A DNA stretch of 32,000 nucleotides from Telmatocola sphagniphila. GTDB lineage: Bacteria; Planctomycetota; Planctomycetia; Gemmatales; Gemmataceae. Of this stretch, positions 9,173 through 16,614 are shown piece by piece. The position numbers and the translations under genes are program-made. A model generated the notes under the pieces. It ran no database searches. It was not told the origin of the DNA and saw only the letters and a list, made by a program, of their open reading frames with translations. Position 1 is the first letter of the stretch. Each line of letters begins with the position of its first letter. Where the stretch lies: the NCBI RefSeq assembly GCF_018398935.1, contig NZ_CP074694.1, positions 6,270,001 through 6,302,000 of the forward strand, written 5' to 3'.

Positions 9173-9556
9173 TCAGGACGGTTTTTGCTCGTCGAGGAGT
9201 CGCCGGGTTTCTTTCAGCGTTGCGGCGATGGGAACGATGTGGGCCTTATTTTCAAAGAGATCGTAAGCGATGGCGGTTTCTCCCAGTTGCGCGAGCAAAC
9301 GCAGGAAAGTTTCAAAAGCGGCGAGATCTCTGAGGGCGATCGGTTTCAGAGAGCTGTCACCGGTTCTCGCCAGATATCGTTCGAAGAGATCCAAGTCAGT
9401 GAAGGCGATCGGATGGCTACCCAGGTTGTTCGACCATTTGATCAACTCCGGCAGCACCGCCCCGCTGTCAGTCAGGCTCGCTTCGCGGCGCACGAAATAC
9501 GTGGGAATGGTGATGTGGAAGGAGCCATCGTCAAATAGCTCGTGAAGGTCGATCAT
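9173..9556 (-). CDS. Hypothetical protein
   Basis: ORF 9173..9586. The internal ATG at 9556 (MIDLHELFDDGSF...) is preceded by ggaaagg 6 nt upstream, so it is the preferred start. No family recognised. Confidence 0.55.
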   Translation of the reverse strand: MIDLHELFDDGSFHITIPTYFVRREASLTDSGAVLPELIKWSNNLGSHPIAFTDLDLFERYLARTGDSSLKPIALRDLAAFETFLRLLAQLGETAIAYDLFENKAHIVPIAATLKETRRLLDEQKPS

Positions 9557-10025
9557 CTGGTGCCTTTCCGAATTTCGGGGACTCATTTGATCTTAAGCCC
9601 TTGTGGAAAATTGTGCAAAAAGCGGGCGTAATTCTGAAGCTGAAAAAAAATCTTTTTCACAGGCTTGAGGATCTTTCCTCCAAGTGCAAATCGCCTACCG
9701 TTCAATCGCGAATGCTTGTCCTCACTCTCGACTTGAGGCGACTTTTTGCCCGAAGATTCCTGCTCTTTTCAGCGGATTCGACTCTTTTGGGTGGACGAAA
9801 AAAATCCGATGTCTACACCCCAGGCAACTACTCCGGAAAGGCGTGCGATCGACGAGGGGTGAAGATCTTAAATTCAAAAATACTTGCAAAAATTAAACTA
9901 TTTCGCGGGAATCGGCTTTTATCGCTTACAATAAGAGAAGTTACATAGTTCGAACCAGCGGGGTATTACTCTCCCAACTGGTAGTCAAAGTTAGCGATTA
10001 CGAGTAATCGCGAGTAAAGGTTTAC

Positions 10026-10406
10026 ATGTCAGCGAAGAATTTGTATGTGGGTAATCTGGCCTTCTCCACGACCAGCGAAGACCTCAAAACAGTCTTTACC
10101 CAATTCGGGGAAGTACTCAAAGCACAAGTGGCGACCGACCGTGAAACGGGACGTTCGCGTGGATTCGGATTCGTAGAAATCGCTTCCGGCGGCGACGAAG
10201 CTATCGCAGCCATGAACGGAGCCGATTTCCAAGGACGCAATTTAACTGTAAACGAAGCAAAACCTCGTGAAGAACGCGGTGGCGGCGGCGGTCGTAGCAG
10301 CGGCGGCAGCGGCGGCGGTTACGGTGGGGGCGGCGGTCGCAGTGGCGGCGGCGGCTACGGTGGTGGTAGCGGCGGCAGCTCAGGCGGTCGCAGCCGACGT
10401 TATTAA
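10026..10406 (+). CDS. RRM-type RNA-binding protein with glycine-rich (RGG/YGG) tail
   Basis: RNP-2 LYVGNL and RNP-1 RGFGFVE motifs, with the C-terminal tail GGGGGRSSGGSGGGYGGGGGRSGGGGYGGGSGGSSGGRSRRY. Confidence 0.95.
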   Translation: MSAKNLYVGNLAFSTTSEDLKTVFTQFGEVLKAQVATDRETGRSRGFGFVEIASGGDEAIAAMNGADFQGRNLTVNEAKPREERGGGGGRSSGGSGGGYGGGGGRSGGGGYGGGSGGSSGGRSRRY

Positions 10407-10577
10407 TAGGCGAGTTTCAATACTTCCTAGCATCTTTCCACGATTTCCAATCCCGACTGACGATTTTCGTCCTTCGATGCTCAGCCGGGACTTGGAAATC
10501 TCCTAACGAACGACTTTTAATACTCTCGGCCATTTCAATTTGAATCGCTATCGAGGGAGTATTATCTCAAAAATGGG

Positions 10578-10871
10578 ATGCACGTCCTCAAGATGGCTTT
10601 TATCTATCCTACAGCCGAGCATCCCGCCGGCCGCGGTTCCAATCCCTGGTTCCGGATGAGCGACGATCATCTATACGCCGCCTTCGGCCATCCTCTCGGT
10701 GCTTCCTTCAAACCCTGGTATCAGATTATCGGTGCCGAAGTCTTTCCCACGGCGAGCCATCCGAATGGGGCTTCCGAAGTGGCGCACTTCCTGATTCAGG
10801 GAGATAAGATCATTTCCGGCCCCGGTTACACCGAGGCGAAACCATCCGTTGCCGTATTCACCATCAAATAA
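10578..10871 (+). CDS. Small hypothetical protein with three internal HPxGxS repeats
   Basis: 97 aa (or 92 aa from MAFIYP at 10593). Repeats are IYPTAEHPAGRGSNPWFRM, LYAAFGHPLGASFKPWYQI and VFPTASHPNGASEVAHFLI. No strong SD. Confidence 0.5.
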   Translation: MHVLKMAFIYPTAEHPAGRGSNPWFRMSDDHLYAAFGHPLGASFKPWYQIIGAEVFPTASHPNGASEVAHFLIQGDKIISGPGYTEAKPSVAVFTIK

Positions 10872-11298
10872 GAATTTTGCCATTGCGCTGACAGCCGCAG
10901 GCTCTGCAATTCGGGCAAATCATCCAGACGAATGTTTTCGTACAGCACTTTTCGCAAGTGGCCGAGAAGCGTTCGTCCACAGCCGTCTCGCATCGCCAGC
11001 AATAGTCGAAGGAATCCCCCGCGCGCATCGCCAGCCGGGTGTGGTCTTCCAGAGGCTTGTGATTCTGCAGGCGATGGGCTAATTGCCCGCAAAGGATATT
11101 GAGCCAGCGGATTTCGAGAGGGCTGAAGAGCTTGCGGTCCATCTGGAAGATGGCGTTCAACGTCTCCTGCGCTTTTCGGGCGGCTCCCTCCACTTTGGGC
11201 GAATGCCGCGCGGCCATAACGATCTGTCGGTAGGTTTCGATAGCCTGCTCAACCTGATCTCGATTTGCCTGCTGCAGCCCGACGCTACTCGTAATCAT
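10864..11298 (-). CDS. Hypothetical protein with C-terminal Cys-rich (zinc-ribbon-like) region
   Basis: 144 aa, with a helical N-terminal half. C-terminus YCWRCETAVDERFSATCEKCCTKTFVWMICPNCRACGC contains CxxC...CxxCC...CxxCxxCxC. Its 3' end overlaps the convergent gene by 8 nt. Confidence 0.6.
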   Translation of the reverse strand: MITSSVGLQQANRDQVEQAIETYRQIVMAARHSPKVEGAARKAQETLNAIFQMDRKLFSPLEIRWLNILCGQLAHRLQNHKPLEDHTRLAMRAGDSFDYCWRCETAVDERFSATCEKCCTKTFVWMICPNCRACGCQRNGKILI

Positions 11299-11390
11299 AG
11301 CGGTATCCCATCTGTGCGATCTACCTGCTCAATCGAGGCGATATGGCTTTAACGGAGTGAACGGAAGCGGAAATCGCCTGGACAGCGAGA

Positions 11391-11425
11391 GGATCGTTAG
11401 AAAAGCGATTGCCCTCTAACGATCC
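11391..11425 (-). other. Perfect 11-bp stem-loop downstream of the GIY-YIG ORF
   Basis: ggatcgttaga (11391-11401) and tctaacgatcc (11415-11425) are exact reverse complements around a 13-nt loop. It lies 30 nt past the stop of 11456..11764 and has no U-tract. Confidence 0.5.
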
Positions 11426-11455
11426 GAGAAGCGTGTGGAGAGCGGAAGAAATCAG

Positions 11456-11764
11456 TTAACTTGCAGCGGAATTGCAGCTGGGCAGATTGCCCTGCGTGAG
11501 TTCGTACTCTTCCAGGAGTTCCTTTTCGCGATCGGCGAAATTGACGCAAATTTCACGCTTGTACTCGGTGGCCTTTTTAATATCGACCCCCGAACGACCC
11601 GCAAAATCTTCTTTCAAACGAGTTCGAAGGGTAGTTCCGTCGCCCTCGGCCATGCCGATGTAGATGCAGTTGTCTCCGGCAAACAAGGCGTAAACTCCTG
11701 CGGCATTAGGCGCTTTGTTGACGTTTTCCTGATTGAAGGTGTAGACTTTGCCCAATATAGGCAC
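11456..11764 (-). CDS. Small GIY-YIG-like domain protein
   Basis: 102 aa. AAGVYALFAGDNCIYIGMAEGDGTTLRTRLKEDF matches the GIY-(x9-11)-YIG...R pattern (here GVY...IYIG...R..L), with a later acidic block (REKELLEEYE). Confidence 0.55.
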   Translation of the reverse strand: MPILGKVYTFNQENVNKAPNAAGVYALFAGDNCIYIGMAEGDGTTLRTRLKEDFAGRSGVDIKKATEYKREICVNFADREKELLEEYELTQGNLPSCNSAAS

Positions 11765-11952
11765 GGAAACCCCTTTTTAAATGGCCCGGCCCGCTAAGAG
11801 CCAGTTCGAAGTGAAAAGCAGGAATTTCTAACGCGAAAGGAACTAGCTTCCCCTCGGAGGAATATCCTGTCTAATTAGTTTATGAACTTTTGTCCGAAAG
11901 TCGAAATACTTGTTTTGTTTGCAAAAATTTGAAAGCTCGAGTTTAAGCGAAT

Positions 11953-11975
11953 CGGAATCTTTCTGAAAGATTCCG
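11953..11975 (-). terminator. Candidate stem-loop terminator (no U-tract)
   Basis: Perfect 10-bp stem cggaatcttt / aaagattccg with a 3-nt loop, about 40 nt downstream of the stop of 12014..13063. Confidence 0.35.
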
Positions 11976-12013
11976 AACGCGATCGAGGCGACAAATTCGA
12001 GCAATTCTCGCAA

Positions 12014-13063
12014 CTACTTATCGAGTTCTTTCAACTCTCCATCGCTGAGTATCACCGATTTAGTACTTCCCACAAAAATTGCGCGGATCTTGCCGTCTGG
12101 CTGCGTCCAACTCAAAAGCAGTTTATCTTTGTCCTTTGGTTGCACGATCTTTCCGCGGTATTTTGTAGTGGGATCGGTCAGGATAAGCTGAAGTAACATG
12201 AAGCCGGGAATATGCTCTGAAGGCACAAATTTGCATTCTTTGATTTTCTTTTCGAAAGCTGCTATGAGCTGGTTGTCAATTCGATCGACTTTTGGATACT
12301 CATCGAATAACTGAACGTAAGCCGTTAAAGAATGAGCGATTTGATCAGCGGCCCAATCGTACACATTCCAGATTTTCGCCCGGTAGCCTTTTGGCGGCGT
12401 GATTTCGAAGAGATTTTCTGTTTTCACATTCCATTCGACCTTGTTCAAGCGGGAAAAATCCCCAGTTTCATCATCGGGTTTCCAATCCATTCGTACGGGT
12501 CGCTTCGATTCCGAATGAACCCAGATGCGATAATCCCATTTCGATTTTCGATCCTCCTTGGTTTTCACGTCAAAACGAAAGCATTTAATGCCATCGATTT
12601 CTTCTTGTGCATCGGCTTTTCGATTCGAACCATCAAATTGCGCGAAATGTTTCAAAGCAATTGCAAAAAAGTCCGACTGGTTTTCCATCACCTGTTTTTG
12701 AGAGAGTTCACAATAAATTTTTTGTCCATGATCGATGCTAATTCCTTTTCCATAGGCGAGAACCACTAGAGTCGATTGATGGAAAATATTCGAATCATCG
12801 ATTCGGTAGTTGCCGGGAGAAGACCAAAATACTTTGCTCGGCAAAATAGCCACAGCTTTTTCATCCTTGCCTGAAGAAGCTATCGCAGGTCTTGGTTTTC
12901 CATTACTCATCAGAGAAACGAGTTCTGCGGAAAAGGAATTCATCTCTAAGGGTTTTTGGACGGTTTGGCCCATCCCTCGATTTGCTTGTTCGAATGGAAT
13001 CGCCATCGCAAAAAAGAGAATCACTAAATTCCTGGAAGCGAAGGACCAAAATCTTCGATACAT
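12014..13063 (-). CDS. Secreted or membrane-anchored paralogue of the anti-sigma extracytoplasmic domain
   Basis: 349 aa with an N-terminal hydrophobic anchor (NLVILFFAMAIPF). Colinear conserved blocks with the C-terminal ~300 aa of 13138..14466: GKGISIDH, KCFRFD, WDYRIWVHSESKRPVRMD, YDWAADQI, YPKVDRIDNQLIAAFE, PGFMLLQ, YRGKIVQPKDKDKLLLSWTQPDGKIRAIF. Confidence 0.75.
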   Translation of the reverse strand: MYRRFWSFASRNLVILFFAMAIPFEQANRGMGQTVQKPLEMNSFSAELVSLMSNGKPRPAIASSGKDEKAVAILPSKVFWSSPGNYRIDDSNIFHQSTLVVLAYGKGISIDHGQKIYCELSQKQVMENQSDFFAIALKHFAQFDGSNRKADAQEEIDGIKCFRFDVKTKEDRKSKWDYRIWVHSESKRPVRMDWKPDDETGDFSRLNKVEWNVKTENLFEITPPKGYRAKIWNVYDWAADQIAHSLTAYVQLFDEYPKVDRIDNQLIAAFEKKIKECKFVPSEHIPGFMLLQLILTDPTTKYRGKIVQPKDKDKLLLSWTQPDGKIRAIFVGSTKSVILSDGELKELDK

Positions 13064-13137
13064 AATAACCCTCCTTGAAATGAGAGTAGACCGGAAGCAT
13101 CGCGGCCTATCCGCTTAGGTGGTGAGCGGGTTACTGA

Positions 13138-14466
13138 CTATTTTTCAAGGGCCTTCGATTCGTCGGCCGTGGTGAGTTTCGATTTCAAATCGCCAAAGAT
13201 AACGCGGACTTTCCCATCCGGCTGAATCCAATGCAATAGGATTTTTTCTTTATCCTTCGGTCCCACAATTTGCCCGCGGTAACTCGCTCTGTAATCGGGG
13301 CTGGAGGTGACGGTATTTTGCAATAGCATGAAGCCGGGAAGCAAATTGATCGCCTCGCCATTTTTGGCATTTCGAAGTTTCGTTTCAAAGTCGGCGAGCA
13401 ACTGATTATCGAAGCGCGAGACCTTGGGATATGTCCCGTACAGTTCGGCGTAAGCTTTCAACGATCCTATTATTTGTTCCGCTACCCAATCGTAGGAATT
13501 GTCTGCTTCCTTGAGGCGATAACCATTTGGAATGGTTGTATCGAACGTGGAATCCGTCGCGACATTCCAGCTGAAATTGGTCATTCGAATCGTTCTTTGG
13601 TCAGTACCAAACGGATCGGCAGGATCCGCTTTAAAATCCACCCGAATGGGTCGTTTTGTTTCCGGATGGACCCAGATCCGATAATCCCATTGCGGATTAT
13701 GCGTTTTGAAGTCTTTTTGGAATAAATCGAAACGGGGGCACTTCAATCCTTCCACTTCATCAATGGCGATCGGTTTCCGCTCGGAATCTTTGAATTCCAT
13801 GAGATTATGGAAGAAGGAATTCGCGAGTTTCCTAGATGACTCGACATCTTTGGCAGGGATTTCCTCGACGATTTTGCTCCGATGATCAATGCTTAAACCT
13901 TTCCCTTTCGCTGTCATTATTCCTACAAGCAAGGGCTTGGGGTATGTTTCCTCGCGAAAATCTCCCGAAGCGGACCAGATAATTTTCCCAATGGTATCGT
14001 TCATTTCCTGGGAATCGCCCTCGACACCTTTTGGGGTATTTCGTGTCTCTTCGTTCTCCTTTAAAATTTCTATTAAGGCGGAAAAGGACTTAATCTCCTC
14101 CATTTTCTGAGCGACCTGCCCCAAAACTATGCCCGGCCGAGAGAGAACACTTAAAAGCGTCAGGCCTATCAGCAGCACGAACGCCGTCGAGACGCTATAC
14201 CAGGTTCTTCGATCCATGATAAACCTCCGCAGTAAGGAAGACGCGCTGTAAGCAGGGTCTTCGGAAATCAATGTCAGCAGAAGTTCCCTATCTCTGTCGT
14301 GGGAAGCGTTGAGAGTTTTCCAGAAGACTCGCGATCGATGGAGTAAAGTCCGCAAATGTTCTTGGCGGGCTGTGCAGTTCGAACAGGTTTTTAGGTGCGA
14401 CCACAACTCGGGATCAGCTTCCCCCAGCAGCGAGTCAATCAGCGATTCGTCCTGGCTACAAATCAT
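13138..14466 (-). CDS. Anti-sigma factor (zf-HC2 N-terminus, single TM, large extracytoplasmic domain)
   Basis: N-terminal HLKTCSNCTARQEHL (Hx3CxxC), a TM helix WYSVSTAFVLLIGLTLLSVL, and a start that overlaps the sigma-factor stop (ATGA at 14463-14466). Confidence 0.75.
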   Translation of the reverse strand: MICSQDESLIDSLLGEADPELWSHLKTCSNCTARQEHLRTLLHRSRVFWKTLNASHDRDRELLLTLISEDPAYSASSLLRRFIMDRRTWYSVSTAFVLLIGLTLLSVLSRPGIVLGQVAQKMEEIKSFSALIEILKENEETRNTPKGVEGDSQEMNDTIGKIIWSASGDFREETYPKPLLVGIMTAKGKGLSIDHRSKIVEEIPAKDVESSRKLANSFFHNLMEFKDSERKPIAIDEVEGLKCPRFDLFQKDFKTHNPQWDYRIWVHPETKRPIRVDFKADPADPFGTDQRTIRMTNFSWNVATDSTFDTTIPNGYRLKEADNSYDWVAEQIIGSLKAYAELYGTYPKVSRFDNQLLADFETKLRNAKNGEAINLLPGFMLLQNTVTSSPDYRASYRGQIVGPKDKEKILLHWIQPDGKVRVIFGDLKSKLTTADESKALEK

Positions 14467-14996
14467 GATTGCACCTCGGAAGGTTCATCTGAATGCCACC
14501 ATTTCGCCAAACGCGCAAGCGCTTGCTTGATCAGAGCGTAGGTTCCCGAACGAGATCTTTGCAGGCGATCCGCGGTGGTCGCGACGTCTTCTTCCTGAAG
14601 AAAAAAGAGACAGATGGCCATTCGTTCTTCTTCCGGCAACCGAGCGATCAGTTCGCGAACATCGTTAGGCGTATCATTCAACTTGCGATCGGTCTTATCG
14701 CTTAATGGTTCAAGCTTCTTTTTCCTAACCGTTTCCTGTACAACCCGGCGTGTTACACCTGCCAGCCAGAAGGAAAAATGTTCCGGAGTCTTCAATGTCG
14801 CCAATTGGCGATAGGCCCGCAAAAAAGTCTCCTGCGTAATATCATCTACCGTCGATTGATCTCGATTTGCGGTCAAAGCGATCGTACGTACCAACCCGGC
14901 ATGACGATCGTAAAGCAAACCAAACGCTCTACGATCGCCAGCTAATACTGCCGCAACAAGTCCCGCGTCCGTACTAGCAACCTTACTCATGCTCAA
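14463..14996 (-). CDS. ECF-type RNA polymerase sigma-70 family factor
   Basis: Region 2 (DDITQETFLRAYRQL...FSFWLAGVTRRVV) and region 4 (LPEEERMAICLFFLQEEDVATTADRLQRSRSGTYALIKQALARL). The track start is a TTG at 14996; the ATG at 14990 (MSKVAS...) is equally possible. Confidence 0.9.
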   Translation of the reverse strand: MSMSKVASTDAGLVAAVLAGDRRAFGLLYDRHAGLVRTIALTANRDQSTVDDITQETFLRAYRQLATLKTPEHFSFWLAGVTRRVVQETVRKKKLEPLSDKTDRKLNDTPNDVRELIARLPEEERMAICLFFLQEEDVATTADRLQRSRSGTYALIKQALARLAKWWHSDEPSEVQS

Positions 14997-15774
14997 GACA
15001 AGTGCTCGAATTGAGAAATTTGTCCAAAACTATTTCAAATTTACTGAAAAGCCTCGATTTTAAAGGATCTTTCAAAAGTGCCCACCGCAACGCCGGGCAG
15101 TTGCAGTTACGCTGAGTGTGCGACAGCTGTGCAAGTGTTTGAGGGAGGGATGAAAAATGATTTCGAATCTAAAGCTTTCGGCCGAAAAATCAAACCGTTT
15201 CTATTCTTCACAAGTTCGCACAACAAATGTTCGATATCTGCGACTTCAATATCGGTTCGAGTTAAATAGCGAAGCTCGGCGCTTTCTGTTTTTAACCGAA
15301 TTCAGCAGAAATGGCCTAAATTCTCCCGATTAGCAAAGAATGTTCGGAATTCTCGGTGAAGACGCTTCCACGATGCTAAAAAAACCGCCGAAATTTTTCG
15401 CAATTCAGATCGGTCCGAAGCCATAAGTCCTCGCATACAGTAAAATAATAAATCAGTGCGGTGACCGTGTAGTTCTCCGCCGGTTGATCGAAGGTTCATC
15501 GAGAAGCTGAATTCCTTCTGGGTGGACCACGCTACCGGCTCGATGACTTCACCATCCGTGGAGGTGGAAACGCAAGTTCCGAAATTGCGACTCTATCCCC
15601 GGAATCGCAAGTACCGCAAATGGAGAGGGCTCTTTGGCCCCAGAGTGGATCTTCGATAACGAAAAAATGGAATTCGGTGACGCTTTCGAGAACCGTGTGT
15701 TTCAGCGTATTAGTACTGAGAGACCGCAGGCTTGATCTCGTCTTGGACAAAACGCCTTTCACAGGAAAAGTATC

Positions 15775-15975
15775 ATGACCACGCTGAACTCGAGTACCGG
15801 CATACCTTTGGAGAAACGCCAAGAGATCTTCTTGAGTTTGGTTAAAGCCCAGGATCAGGGATTGAGCGTGTCCAAGTCCCGGACGGAGGCGGCACGTCAG
15901 TTCGGCGTTTTAGAGGACGATGTGAAGGCCATTGAACGCGAAGGTTTGGATGCGAATTGGCCGCCGTTGAGCTAA
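15775..15975 (+). CDS. Small hypothetical protein (66 aa)
   Basis: SD-like aggaaaag upstream of the ATG and a helical, charged composition (EKRQEIFLSLVKAQDQGLSV...). No family recognised. Confidence 0.4.
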   Translation: MTTLNSSTGIPLEKRQEIFLSLVKAQDQGLSVSKSRTEAARQFGVLEDDVKAIEREGLDANWPPLS

Positions 15976-16344
15976 TTCGAACGAATGCTTTCCAGCATAT
16001 CCGAGATAGCGCCCCACAGGCTCTTGGGCAACCCTCCCTCTCGGGCGGCTCCTGGCACAACGACCAGGAGTGGTGCGGGTTTCCTGCTTCGCTCGCTCCT
16101 CACTCGAGGTTTAATTTCTTTTCGAGCGGATGATTGCTTGCGGATACCCAAAGGATGAGGTGATCCCACTTCATCTATGAGGATGTAACACCGTCGGATC
16201 CGGGCATTGCCTGCAGGGATACCGCTAGCAGCTTAGACTGATGTAGGCTTGGCTTTCTATCGTACGACTGCCGCTTTCAGAATCGTCCTCGCTGCCGGCG
16301 TGAGTGCGATATCGCCAGGAAATTTTCGCCTAAGCCAATCGATT

Positions 16345-16614
16345 CTATCTGGCAACGCCTTTAACATGCGAATCCAACTCGGCTTCGAGCATCTCGGACT
16401 TTCGAATTGGTCCGCCGATACCCGTAACGACGCTCCGGGACGGCGGATCACTGGCCGGAAATGATTCCTCTGATGCTAATTGAACCTGATCCTGAGATTC
16501 CGGCTGGGGCAAAGTATCGATGATCTTCATGGAATCACTTAATTGAACTCCCATCACAGTAACTGAAATCCACATCTCACAAAGATTCGGCGAGTAACCA
16601 AACCGGACTCTCAT
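16345..16614 (-). CDS. Small protein carrying the ESFPASDPP motif
   Basis: Contains QVQLASEESFPASDPPS, a motif I recall from a widespread family of small bacterial proteins of unknown function. There are two possible starts: the ATG at 16614 overlapping the bicupin stop (ATGA), or MKIIDTL at 16530 (61 aa). Confidence 0.55.
   Translation of the reverse strand: MRVRFGYSPNLCEMWISVTVMGVQLSDSMKIIDTLPQPESQDQVQLASEESFPASDPPSRSVVTGIGGPIRKSEMLEAELDSHVKGVAR

Noticed and set aside
9601-9948. 115-aa plus-strand ORF in the AT-rich gap upstream of the RRM gene.
   Set aside because: It has an implausible composition, a TTG start and no SD. The region is better explained as a leader or promoter.
10267-10506. 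An Ala/Val-rich 79-aa ORF and an apparent GGC microsatellite at 10270-10390.
   Set aside because: This is the alternative frame of the Gly-rich tail of the RRM protein. The repeat is coding low complexity, not an independent repeat element or CRISPR.
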